This document shows, in pieces, positions 6,918 through 15,436 of a stretch of DNA of 64,000 nucleotides; the first letter of the stretch is position 1, and each line of letters starts with the position of its first letter. The notes under the pieces are model-generated. The model saw only the letters and a program-made list of their open reading frames with translations. It was not told the origin of the DNA and ran no database searches. Source of the DNA: Candidatus Nomurabacteria bacterium (GTDB taxonomy: Bacteria; Patescibacteriota; Saccharimonadia; JAGOAT01); assembly GCA_020639315.1 (NCBI GenBank), contig JACKGM010000001.1, positions 82,511 to 146,510 of the forward strand, given 5' to 3'. A program made the position numbers and the translations under genes.

Positions 6918-9462
6918 GATCAGCATAATCAAGCATAATCCTTGTACCTGCTTGAGCCTGTCCGGATAAAATCTTTTGGGCTACCAAATCTTGGACATAA
7001 CGCTGTAAAGCCCGACGCATAGGCCTAGACCCTAGCCTTGGGTCATAGCCCTTCTCAGCAACATAGCTCCAAGCATTATCAGTCAGATCTACAAAAATAT
7101 TTTGATTGGCAAGACCAGCATTGATTGAATTTAGCATAATTTTACCTACCTGAACAATTTCTTGGATATTCAGTGGTCTAAATAATACTATCTCATCAAA
7201 TCGATTAAGAAACTCTGGTCTAAAGACATTACTAGCAATCAACCTATCAACCAATTGAGACTCGAAATCCTCGAGATTTTGCCCGGCCTCAATCCTAGCC
7301 CTGATCTCCTCAGCACCAGCATTGGAAGTCAAGATTACTATCGCCTCCCGAAAGCTTACCTTGAGACCGTTAAGATCAGTCAAATTACCTTCATCGAGCA
7401 GTTGAAGCATTAGATTGAGCAAGTCTGGATGAGCTTTCTCTATCTCATCAAACAGCACCACCGAAAAAGGCTTCTCTTTGGCAGCCGTCAGAAAGCTACC
7501 AGATTCACTGACTGACCCAAGTAGCCTAGCAATATCTTCCACCCTCTGATATTCACTCATATCAACCCTGATCATATTATCCTCTCCACCATAATATACA
7601 GCCGCTAGTGACCGCGCCAGCTCGGTCTTACCCACCCCAGTCGGTCCCAAGAATAAGAAGCTACCGACGGGTCTAGAGGAATTGCGTACTCCAGCTCTAG
7701 CCCTCCTTAGAGCATTGGAGACAACTTTAACAGCTCGGCTTTGATTGATCATCCGCTGGTGGATCTTGTCTTCGAGGTTGAGCAATTCTTTTGATTCGAT
7801 CTGAGTCGCCCGAGTCACTTTGATATTGGTTTTTGCCTCCAAGGTCTTAGCTATCACCTGATCAGTGACCAATTTGACTCCAGCACTATCCTGACTAAAG
7901 GCAAAACTTTGATCCAAGAGATCCACCGCCTTGGCGGGAAATGCCTTGCTAGTGATAAATTGGTCTGCTAGATGATAAACCTCCTTGAGGGCAGGATAGG
8001 TCACAATCGCTCCTTCACGATTCTCATGAGCTATTGTGATATCTTCTAAGACCCGCATAGTCGTAGCTTGATCTGTAGGTTCAACCTGCAAAGGATTCAT
8101 TAGCCCAGTCAGATTTGGTTTGGCTGCCTGTAGTCTCTGCCAATCAATACTACCAATCGTCATAATTAGTTTGAGCGGGCTTTTTTCTAAAATTGTAAGC
8201 AATAGATTACTCAAGTCAACACTCCCGACACCTGCTTGCAAAAAAAGCTGGGCATTATCTAGAAACAGAATCATATTTTTTGACTTGATGGCTTCAACTG
8301 CCAAAGCTTCAATCATTTGCTCGATCCCCGAAGTGCCAAATTGATCAACTGCTCCCAAGATTGTAGTGGCATCTAGTTCATTGATCTGGTAATACTCGAG
8401 CTTTTGACTGTTACCCATCAGCAACTCTTGGGCTATGCCATAGACAATACTAGTCTTGCCTACCCCACCTTGCCCGACCAGGGTCACGCTTGCTCGGCTA
8501 GGTTTAGCCAAGACATCTATAGATTGCTTGATCGTTGCTTCTCGGCCAAGCACTGAGTAATGACCCCGATAATTCATTACCATTGAGCTAATATTATGGC
8601 TATAGCGATCCAAAAGTGGTGTGTAGCCACTACTCCAGTCCCTAGCAATCCCCCCAAATGCTACTTTTTGCTTGAAGGCTTCCCGCTTGGCATTTAGTCT
8701 AAATCTCCAAGCAAGAATTGATCTGATATCCTGCTCCTTAAGACCAATATTCTCTAGATAGGCCTTGAGTGCTGGGCTAGAATAAAAGATGCTAGCCAGT
8801 AAGGTGATTGGGGAAATTCTTGGCTGATCAAACTGTTGACTTAAGCTAATTGCAGTCTTGTAGACTTGGTCACGGTCGATTGGATAGCTATCCAGCACTT
8901 GATCAATCACTTGTGGGGGAGTGGCCAGACGCCAGAGAAAAAATCCGATATCTGCAATGTATTCTTTACTATTAATCACTTGCCAGATCTGCTTGATCGG
9001 GGTATCCTCGCCAATCTTCTTGCTTAAGGATCTAGATAGTGAGAGATCGAGTCTGCCCCACTGCTGATGGGTCAGAGGACTGGTGTCTAAATACGGCTTA
9101 TACGACCTAAGATAAAAATAAATATTGATTGGTACGACAATAATCATGATCGGCCAGATCAGAATACTTAGAGCCATCAGTAGCCCTAAAATCAAAAACC
9201 AAATGCCGGAAAAGATCAAAAGCCCAAACCTCAAAAAAAATCCAACCAATCTAGAGATAAAGCTATCTAGAGCTTGATAGAAAAAGCCCTGAATCCCCCT
9301 GCGTGCTCGACCTCGCATCTGTTTCCAGGGGGCAAATAGCGAACGCAAGATTAGGGCTAGTGAAAATACTTGACGATAATACTGAAGCTTATCCAGCCAA
9401 TACTTGATCAGTTGCTCCCAGCCTGGCCCGTACCACCAGGAGATGAAGCTTATGCTTTTCAT
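6898..9462 (-). CDS. Membrane-anchored Hsp100/Clp-family AAA+ ATPase (two nucleotide-binding domains)
   Basis: Walker A GQGGVGKTS (NBD1) and GPTGVGKTE (NBD2). NBD2 Walker B is VVLFDEIEKAH. The N-terminal ~120 aa contain hydrophobic helices (GIWFLILGLLMALSILIWPIMIIVVPI). Confidence 0.8.
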   Translation of the reverse strand: MKSISFISWWYGPGWEQLIKYWLDKLQYYRQVFSLALILRSLFAPWKQMRGRARRGIQGFFYQALDSFISRLVGFFLRFGLLIFSGIWFLILGLLMALSILIWPIMIIVVPINIYFYLRSYKPYLDTSPLTHQQWGRLDLSLSRSLSKKIGEDTPIKQIWQVINSKEYIADIGFFLWRLATPPQVIDQVLDSYPIDRDQVYKTAISLSQQFDQPRISPITLLASIFYSSPALKAYLENIGLKEQDIRSILAWRFRLNAKREAFKQKVAFGGIARDWSSGYTPLLDRYSHNISSMVMNYRGHYSVLGREATIKQSIDVLAKPSRASVTLVGQGGVGKTSIVYGIAQELLMGNSQKLEYYQINELDATTILGAVDQFGTSGIEQMIEALAVEAIKSKNMILFLDNAQLFLQAGVGSVDLSNLLLTILEKSPLKLIMTIGSIDWQRLQAAKPNLTGLMNPLQVEPTDQATTMRVLEDITIAHENREGAIVTYPALKEVYHLADQFITSKAFPAKAVDLLDQSFAFSQDSAGVKLVTDQVIAKTLEAKTNIKVTRATQIESKELLNLEDKIHQRMINQSRAVKVVSNALRRARAGVRNSSRPVGSFLFLGPTGVGKTELARSLAAVYYGGEDNMIRVDMSEYQRVEDIARLLGSVSESGSFLTAAKEKPFSVVLFDEIEKAHPDLLNLMLQLLDEGNLTDLNGLKVSFREAIVILTSNAGAEEIRARIEAGQNLEDFESQLVDRLIASNVFRPEFLNRFDEIVLFRPLNIQEIVQVGKIMLNSINAGLANQNIFVDLTDNAWSYVAEKGYDPRLGSRPMRRALQRYVQDLVAQKILSGQAQAGTRIMLDYADLIAIDS

Positions 9463-9468
9463 AGTTAT

Positions 9469-9474
9469 ATCATA
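9469..9474 (-). promoter_or_regulatory. -10 box TATGAT, 6 nt upstream of the Clp-like ATG
   Basis: Minus-strand reading is GGTATGATATAACTATG. Confidence 0.45.
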
Positions 9475-9512
9475 CCAGCTTACTGCTATCGGTGGCTATA
9501 ACCAAATACCTA

Positions 9513-10208
9513 TTAACCCAGTAGTGCAGTATTAAAAGCTATCCTCGATGTAAGCATTCGACGAAGATTATCTGGCCTGAATACTTCTGGTCTATCGTCA
9601 CCTCCAAAACCAGCACACCAGTATCCTTCACTTGGAATGACAATCTCGTGATCTTCAGGAAAGTTTCCAAGTAAGCGCTTTGCTTGATTAAGCTCTCTTT
9701 CCATGTGCGATTCTTGTTCACTTGTAACAACCCCTCTTGATGATACTGTATCTCTAATTTCAGATAAACCCCTAGTGAACACTATTAATTTTCTAAAGAA
9801 TTTAGCTTGATCCAGAAAAGACTGAACCTGTCCTCTGTCAGGCAGTTCAGTTGGAGGTCTTTGGAAGTTATGTAAACTTTGATGCCAAGCTCTACATATA
9901 CCAGTACGAGTAATATTAAAGGAGTCTTCCCTAAATAGTTGATACAGCTCATCCCCGCTATAGTCTAGGGCCTCAAACGACTCTCCCCGAACATAAACTG
10001 TTCTTGAAGGATTCTTTTTATTTTTTTTAAAATATGGCCAGTAAAGGTGATGTCGGTTGGGCTTACAGCCTTTACTACACATTACGCAACGATTGCCCTT
10101 AAGATGCTCTGACCTCATGGCAGGCGACAACAAAAACCCATCGCTACTCACAGGTGGCTCAAAAGGTACCACACTTGATAGCTCAATACTCGTTTTCCCC
10201 CTATCCAC
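9513..10208 (-). CDS. Hypothetical protein with a weak HNH-like Cys/His pattern
   Basis: CVMCSKGCKPNRHHLYWP ... ICRAWHQSLH resembles CxxC...HH...C-x3-H-x3-H of HNH/zinc-ribbon nucleases. Otherwise unassigned. Confidence 0.3.
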   Translation of the reverse strand: MDRGKTSIELSSVVPFEPPVSSDGFLLSPAMRSEHLKGNRCVMCSKGCKPNRHHLYWPYFKKNKKNPSRTVYVRGESFEALDYSGDELYQLFREDSFNITRTGICRAWHQSLHNFQRPPTELPDRGQVQSFLDQAKFFRKLIVFTRGLSEIRDTVSSRGVVTSEQESHMERELNQAKRLLGNFPEDHEIVIPSEGYWCAGFGGDDRPEVFRPDNLRRMLTSRIAFNTALLG

Positions 10209-10304
10209 TAATTTTAGTATAGCATGCGCAATGCAAAATCCGATACTCTCCCCTTAATAAAACAAAACAAAAATCTACCGTGAAATATACAACTCTTATA
10301 GTAA

Positions 10305-11144
10305 TCACCCCTGTGATCCATTTCTTCTTCGTCTATCTCGCGGATAAAGTATGTATTTTCCCGGACTAATTGTTTGTGGACTTTTTGGCAAGTGACCGTA
10401 TTTTTTTACGATACCTATAACTTCATTTCTCCAACTTTCTTTAACTTCCTCAAGAACTACGCCTATACTCTCACCTGTCAACCCAAAACCTATAAGCACA
10501 AGTTCTAAGGTAGGCATTTTGTTTTCTTGCTCTATTATTTCTGCTACATATTGCAATCTAAATTTAACCTCAAGAAATGTTTTACCAACACCCTCGTTTG
10601 GTAAAACTAGTGACGGGTAATCCGATACTCTACCCCTAACTCTCAACCTTATAAGATCTTCGTAAGCAATTGGCCCTAAGGCCTTCAGGGCTTTTTGGGC
10701 TTCCTGCATATCTAACGTCAACTCCGTATAACTAGATAAGCCCCTTGACCTTCTTAAGTCAGCCCTGATTTGAGCTTCTCTCTCACTTATCTTCATCCAG
10801 GAATATAGATATGGATACCTTCGTGCTAACCTGCGTTCTTGACGTGACCTCTCGATACTATCTGCAATAGATATACAATCAGCTGACAGATTAGTAAGGT
10901 CTACACCCAAAGGTCTCATAGTATCATCAAGCTCCTCACCAACTATTCCTGCAGCACGAAAGGCTGACTCTAAAACGGCCCTAGCTAACCGCTTTGTAAA
11001 AGCAACAAAACCTTGGTTTGAACCTGTTTCAGGCAAAGTATACTTCCTTGCACTATCTTTTTCAGATCGGCATTCATCTCTTCTGGCTACCCAGCTATCC
11101 TGTGTTTCCCCTATACTACTGTCTGGAGATTCTGATGCTGTCAT
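10305..11144 (-). CDS. Hypothetical protein (279 aa, Arg-rich)
   Basis: Long uninterrupted ORF co-oriented with 9513-10208. No motif recognised. Confidence 0.5.
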   Translation of the reverse strand: MTASESPDSSIGETQDSWVARRDECRSEKDSARKYTLPETGSNQGFVAFTKRLARAVLESAFRAAGIVGEELDDTMRPLGVDLTNLSADCISIADSIERSRQERRLARRYPYLYSWMKISEREAQIRADLRRSRGLSSYTELTLDMQEAQKALKALGPIAYEDLIRLRVRGRVSDYPSLVLPNEGVGKTFLEVKFRLQYVAEIIEQENKMPTLELVLIGFGLTGESIGVVLEEVKESWRNEVIGIVKKYGHLPKSPQTISPGKYILYPRDRRRRNGSQG

Positions 11145-11205
11145 AATATGTACAATACCATATTACACAAGATATTGCAATATTTATATCTAGAATAAAT
11201 ATAGG

Positions 11206-11211
11206 TATACT
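11206..11211 (+). promoter_or_regulatory. -10 box TATACT, 6 nt upstream of the cutA ATG
   Basis: Reads TATACTACACCTATG. Confidence 0.4.
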
Positions 11212-11217
11212 ACACCT

Positions 11218-11526
11218 ATGCAACCTATCCTAATCCGCCTACTTTGCAATGACGACAATCAAGCTAGCCAAATTATCAAGCTTTTGTTAGAACAAGACCT
11301 AATCGCCTCTGCCCAAAAAAGCAGCGTTCAATCCTACTACCATATCAATAACTCTGTCCAATACAAGCCAGAAATCAAGCTAGAAATGCTTAGTGTCAGC
11401 AATCGATTTAAGGCGATCGAACAAATCATCATCGAAAATCATAGCTACAATACTCCCAGTCTGACTGCCATCTTAATCGATAAAAATAATACTAGCCTAC
11501 TAGACTGGATCCGCGAGAGCCTTTAG
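11218..11526 (+). CDS. cutA: CutA-like divalent-cation tolerance protein
   Basis: 102 aa. The pattern ASAQ...S.Y......E.KLEM......F..IEQII.ENHSYNTPSLTAI...N.SLLDWI matches the CutA1 layout (HPYxxPE...WL). Confidence 0.65.
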   Translation: MQPILIRLLCNDDNQASQIIKLLLEQDLIASAQKSSVQSYYHINNSVQYKPEIKLEMLSVSNRFKAIEQIIIENHSYNTPSLTAILIDKNNTSLLDWIRESL

Positions 11527-11934
11527 TACTACAAATACAGGCCCCTTGATCTCCTGCTTCCAGCAGGTCATATCAGGAGTAGTATCATATAATATTGTCG
11601 GCAAATAGTATTGATCAAACCCAACCATCCTTTGACCTCCCATCAAGACTTTAGCTCCCTGATCAATACTAGACTTGACCTTGTCATCTACTTGGCTTAG
11701 CTCTTCTTGACAACTCAAAACCTCCACTTTACGGGTTCTATCTCGCAGATTGCCATAGTCTAGCTCGATTAGTCTCTGCTTGAGCTGGGCTAAAAAGTCA
11801 TCGTAGTACTCTATATCAACGATAAAGCGTCTATTAACTATTTGATATTGATCTAGAGTGCCTGACTTTAAAATAATGCTTGATTTGACGGCTTGCTCCA
11901 ACTCAGACTTTGAGCTAATAATCTGCTGAGACAA
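11500..11934 (-). pseudogene. Aldehyde-dehydrogenase-family fragment (central/C-terminal piece only)
   Basis: 144 aa with a TTG start. GAKVLMGG...YYLPTILYDTTPDMTCWKQEIKGPVFVV matches the ALDH GA.l..GG...PT.l.dv...m....EiFGPV block. The ~250-aa N-terminal NAD domain and the C-terminus are missing. The catalytic Cys position reads DQYQIV. The 3' end overlaps cutA by 27 nt. Confidence 0.4.
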
Positions 11935-11936
11935 AT

Positions 11937-13529
11937 CTAACCTCCAAACAAACTACCCTGAATAGTAGCAGGGCTACTCTTGATCGGGGGATTACCTTGA
12001 CCGAGTATGGTCTCATTATCGACCAGCACAAGCCTGGCCAAAAATCGATAGATCTCCACCATCGCATAAGTATCCAGGTTGCAATATTTGATTAGATCTG
12101 AAAATATTTCTTCTCTCCGCTCTTGATGCTTACCCCCGATAACAGTTTCCATCCAAACCCTTTGAGCACTAGCACCTTGGTTGATTGCCAGCTCTTGATA
12201 GGAAAGTTCTGGGACCAAAACCGGCAAAACTTTCTTGATACTGGCACTCCCCATAAACCGCTTGTCAATATACCAACCCTCCATAAATGGTTGCATCAAA
12301 TCCATAAATCTAGGATTTAGACCTAAAAGGCCTAGCTCGTGATCTGAGCTAAGTTTGGCAAGAGTCTGATTGCACTTTTGCTCAAAGCCCATATTCCAGG
12401 CAAGAATTGTTCCCTTTGATCCAATCTCAGACAATAATGCTTGACTGAGTTCGCTACTAGGATTGGTATTCTCAGTATGCAAGTAATTATAATGCTTGAG
12501 TTGGCTTGATTCTGATTCTAAAATATCTAATGAATACTGGAAAGGTATCTGTTGATAGGGCTTGGTACCATTGAGGATAGGGATGACTGACCCCATAGTT
12601 TCATAATCGAGAAAATATAATGGGAAGACCATTTGATCTAGGAAATCTTTGATCCTAGCCTTGTCCACTATTGGGCTAGGCTGTCTCCAGGCTTGATATT
12701 GTTGCTTTTGCTTGGATCTAATAAGTAGCTTGGGGTCCAAGTCTTCGATCTTTTGGGTATTAGTCTCCTTGGCTGATTGTACCTGTTCGAGGCTGATACC
12801 ATAGAGGTTATAAATACTATCTTCAGGCAGGTTAGGCTCTAGATATTTGTAGATAGTGAGCCAATCCCTTAGCCCATATTTACTAGCAAATGCCGGAGAC
12901 AAATCTGGAGAATCGATTTGGCTAGCAGTTGCTTTGACCAAAGCAACATTTTGTGCAGTCTGAGAAGATAGTTCCAAAACTTCCGCCGTTACCTCTACCA
13001 CTTTGGTCAGTTTTTTGGGATCAATCTTATCCCTTTTTTTGACAAAAAAGCTGTTGAGATGGATTAGATATATTTTATCGATCTTGAGCCCACTTTTCTC
13101 TAATACCAGTTTTTGAAAAGCTAGATCTTGGTAGTGTTCGGGCTTTGGTTTGGTACTGGATTTAATTTCATACAGATTGTACCCGCCAGACTCTAGTGGC
13201 TCCAATACGTCAAAGATACAGGTCAAACTATCCTGCTCCACTCGTCCCTGTAAAATTGCTTGCTTAGTTGAGCTATCAAGCGCCTTTCTGGTACGATCTG
13301 GCAAGCTCAAATACTCTTGATAAGAATCAAAACCAAGCTTAAGCGGGTTGTCAAAGAGCCCTTCTGCATATTCCTCAAATAGGTGGCCAGCATCAAAGAT
13401 CGCTTGGGTATCTTGATCGATCGGGGGTAAGGATTTGGGGTGATGTTTCTTGAGCCAAAGCCAAGCTGGGTGCTTGAGCCAAAGCATATAATCGGATTTG
13501 GATATCGTATATCTCATAAGATATATCAT
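11937..13529 (-). CDS. DUF2779-family protein (nuclease-like N-terminus plus RNase H-like C-terminus)
   Basis: N-terminus ISKSDYMLWLKHPAWLWL and C-terminal GSASIKKVLPVLVPELSYQEL block, both characteristic of DUF2779. The start could be ATG 13529 or 13517. Confidence 0.65.
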   Translation of the reverse strand: MIYLMRYTISKSDYMLWLKHPAWLWLKKHHPKSLPPIDQDTQAIFDAGHLFEEYAEGLFDNPLKLGFDSYQEYLSLPDRTRKALDSSTKQAILQGRVEQDSLTCIFDVLEPLESGGYNLYEIKSSTKPKPEHYQDLAFQKLVLEKSGLKIDKIYLIHLNSFFVKKRDKIDPKKLTKVVEVTAEVLELSSQTAQNVALVKATASQIDSPDLSPAFASKYGLRDWLTIYKYLEPNLPEDSIYNLYGISLEQVQSAKETNTQKIEDLDPKLLIRSKQKQQYQAWRQPSPIVDKARIKDFLDQMVFPLYFLDYETMGSVIPILNGTKPYQQIPFQYSLDILESESSQLKHYNYLHTENTNPSSELSQALLSEIGSKGTILAWNMGFEQKCNQTLAKLSSDHELGLLGLNPRFMDLMQPFMEGWYIDKRFMGSASIKKVLPVLVPELSYQELAINQGASAQRVWMETVIGGKHQERREEIFSDLIKYCNLDTYAMVEIYRFLARLVLVDNETILGQGNPPIKSSPATIQGSLFGG

Positions 13530-13587
13530 ATAGTAATCCTATAACAAGACCAAGTAATAGACTATTTCGCATTGACTAAACCCAATC

Positions 13588-13700
13588 CAAATACTGAATC
13601 TCCGGTATTACCCTAAAGGGTAATCCGAAGATGACTCTTCTCTTGTCATCCTCCGAAACCCGGAGGGTTTACGGGGGATCCAGTATTCTGGCATTTGCAT
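13588..13700. repeat. Head-to-head hairpin-cassette doublet (REPIN-like)
   Basis: Reverse subtype-2 unit (13590-13636), then TCTTCTCT, then forward subtype-1 unit with AAACCC-GGA-GGGTTT inner stem (13643-13690). Confidence 0.85.
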
Positions 13701-13863
13701 TAACCCTGTTGCCATATAACCTCACGGCTTCAAAACTGCCATTTTTGCCCCAGACTAGCAAAACACTTCGCAGCGTAACTCCTGTTATGCTTTGTCGTGT
13801 TTTGGTATTCTGGAATAAAAATCATCAGCTTTGACCTCGCAAGTTTATATGGCAACAGGGTTA
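13701..13863. mobile_element. MITE-like element, family C (copy C1)
   Basis: TIRs TAACCCTGTTGCCATATA / TATATGGCAACAGGGTTA. Internal hairpin GCAAAACAC...GTGTTTTG. Copies at 38250-38412 and 48980-49142 lie in the opposite orientation. Confidence 0.75.
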
Positions 13864-14207
13864 TTGTCATCCTCCGAATTCTCATAGAGGATTACGGGGG
13901 ATCCAGTATTTCTGTATTATCTGTAACTAATACAAATACTGGATCTCCGGTATTACCCTAAAGGGTAATCCGAAGATGACAAGAGGGGATGGATCTCCGA
14001 TAATTTCCTACAGAAATTTGGAAGATGACAGAGTGAGCATTGTCATCCTCCGAAACCCAACCTCTCTCTTGTCATCCTCCGAAGTTCGGAGAACTTACGG
14101 GGGACCCAGTATCCCGCATTTGCATTGTCATCCTCCGAAACCCAACCTCTCTCTTGTCATCCTCCGAAGTTCGGAGAACTTACGGGGGATCCAGTATTTT
14201 GCATTAC
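13864..14207. repeat. Hairpin-cassette array (5 full plus 2 half units), including an 85-nt tandem duplication
   Basis: Units at 13866-13910, 13936-13980, about 13986-14030, 14070-14115 and 14155-14197. The block [half unit + full unit] 14041-14126 is repeated at 14127-14207. About 190 bp of this locus recurs at 14968-15125. Confidence 0.85.
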
Positions 14208-14302
14208 TATAGCAAGCTCAAACCAAAACCGGACAATTTGAGCTGTACTATAGACTCTAGAGTTAGGTCAAAAGTCTGGTTTTGTTTTTAACTTGCTATA
14301 TA
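14208..14302. mobile_element. Family-B MITE, internally deleted short copy
   Basis: Same termini (TATAGCAAGCTCAAACCAAAACCGGAC ... GGTTTTGTTTTTAACTTGCTATA) as the ~165-bp copies but lacks the central ~70 bp. Confidence 0.7.
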
Positions 14303-14313
14303 TGGGAACAGGG

Positions 14314-14742
14314 TTATTTTACCGTGATCGCAAAATTTTCGACCCGCCACTGCTGATCTTCCTTGACTAAAGTAATGGTAATCGTACCAGACTTATCATC
14401 CTCAAATCTAGCATCACCGACAATGCTAGCATGATTATTGACTTCTGTACTATTAATAAACTCCCAGTCAGTAGGGACAGCACTAACCCTAGCATCAAAT
14501 AAAGTCTGGGTCGGCATTGCCTTACTAGCCTGGCTAGAAAGCATCTCCTTTGCCTTTTGGTTTTGCTTACTGCTGATCAACTCTACAAACTGATCAGCTA
14601 CATCTACTACTTCGCCTTTGACCCGATGTTCCCTTTGATCCCCACCAAAAAACTTACCAAAATTCCCCAGGATAAATACTATCCCCACCATCAAAACTAA
14701 TATTATTACAAACATCAGACTACCGAGACCTTTTTTTTGCAT
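14314..14742 (-). CDS. Membrane-anchored hypothetical protein (possibly NTF2-like/DUF4878-type ectodomain)
   Basis: N-terminal TM helix (SLMFVIILVLMVGIVFILG). GGAGGA Shine-Dalgarno upstream. C-terminal TITITLVKEDQQWRVENF beta-rich end. Confidence 0.55.
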   Translation of the reverse strand: MQKKGLGSLMFVIILVLMVGIVFILGNFGKFFGGDQREHRVKGEVVDVADQFVELISSKQNQKAKEMLSSQASKAMPTQTLFDARVSAVPTDWEFINSTEVNNHASIVGDARFEDDKSGTITITLVKEDQQWRVENFAITVK

Positions 14743-14849
14743 TTTATCCTCCGAATAAACTATTGTACTTTTGTGCCCCTATTTCAATAGTATAACATAA
14801 GAGGTTCAGATAAACCTGCCTCGACCTACACAAAATCCTTAAGCCCTCC

Positions 14850-15160
14850 GGATCGCCTCCGAAACCCGTCTCTCTATTGTCATCCTCCGAAGTCCTCCCT
14901 TGTCCTGTCATCCTCCGAAACCCGCCCCTCTCTTGTCATCCTCCGAAGTTCGGAGAACTTACGGGGGATCCAGTATTTCTGTATTATCTGTAACTAATAC
15001 AAATACTGGATCTCCGGTATTACCCTAAAGGGTAATCCGAAGATGACAAGAGGGGATGGATCTCCGATAATTTCCTACAGAAATTTGGAAGATGATAGAG
15101 GGAGCATTGTCATCCTCCGAAACCCGGAGGGTTTACGGGGGATCCAGTATTTTGCATTAC
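14850..15160. repeat. Hairpin-cassette array with a 28-nt-period half-unit run
   Basis: TGTCATCCTCCGAA starts at 14878, 14906 and 14934 (exact 28-nt spacing). Only the last is completed into a full hairpin (14934-14976). Then two reverse subtype-2 units (15001-15047, 15053-15097) and one forward unit (15108-15152). Confidence 0.85.
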
Positions 15161-15326
15161 TATAGCAAGCTCAAAACAAAACCGGACAATTTGAGCTGTA
15201 CTATAGAGAACTAGAAAGGTAGTTATTCTTAAGAGCCATATCCATAGATATGGTGAGTAAGAAAACTAGCTTTATAGACTCTAGAGTTGGGTCAAAAGTC
15301 TGGTTTTGTTTTTAACTTGCTATATA
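15161..15326. mobile_element. Family-B MITE (full length, ~166 bp)
   Basis: TATAGCAAGCTCAAAACAAAACCGGACAATTTGAGC ... GGTCAAAAGTCTGGTTTTGTTTTTAACTTGCTATA. Central palindrome CCATATCCATAGATATGG. Confidence 0.75.
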
Positions 15327-15373
15327 ATTCAATTCTAGAATCTAGAGCATAGCCCCGAATATCCAGAAATACC

Positions 15374-15398
15374 AAAACTAGCCCCGAGGGCTAGTTTT
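15374..15398. terminator. Bidirectional-type intrinsic terminator hairpin downstream of 15437-15919
   Basis: AAAACTAGCCC-CGA-GGGCTAGTTTT: 11-bp stem with an A-tract and T-tract on its two sides. Confidence 0.45.
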
Positions 15399-15436
15399 GA
15401 ATAATTGGTGAGGTAGTGATTTATAAAATTTTTCTT

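Noticed and set aside
14850-14976. A CRISPR-like regular spacing (28-nt period) of TGTCATCCTCCGAA.
   Set aside because: The repeat (14 nt) and spacer (14 nt) are far below CRISPR dimensions. The spacers are related to each other (C/T-rich). The run is continuous with the hairpin-cassette family.
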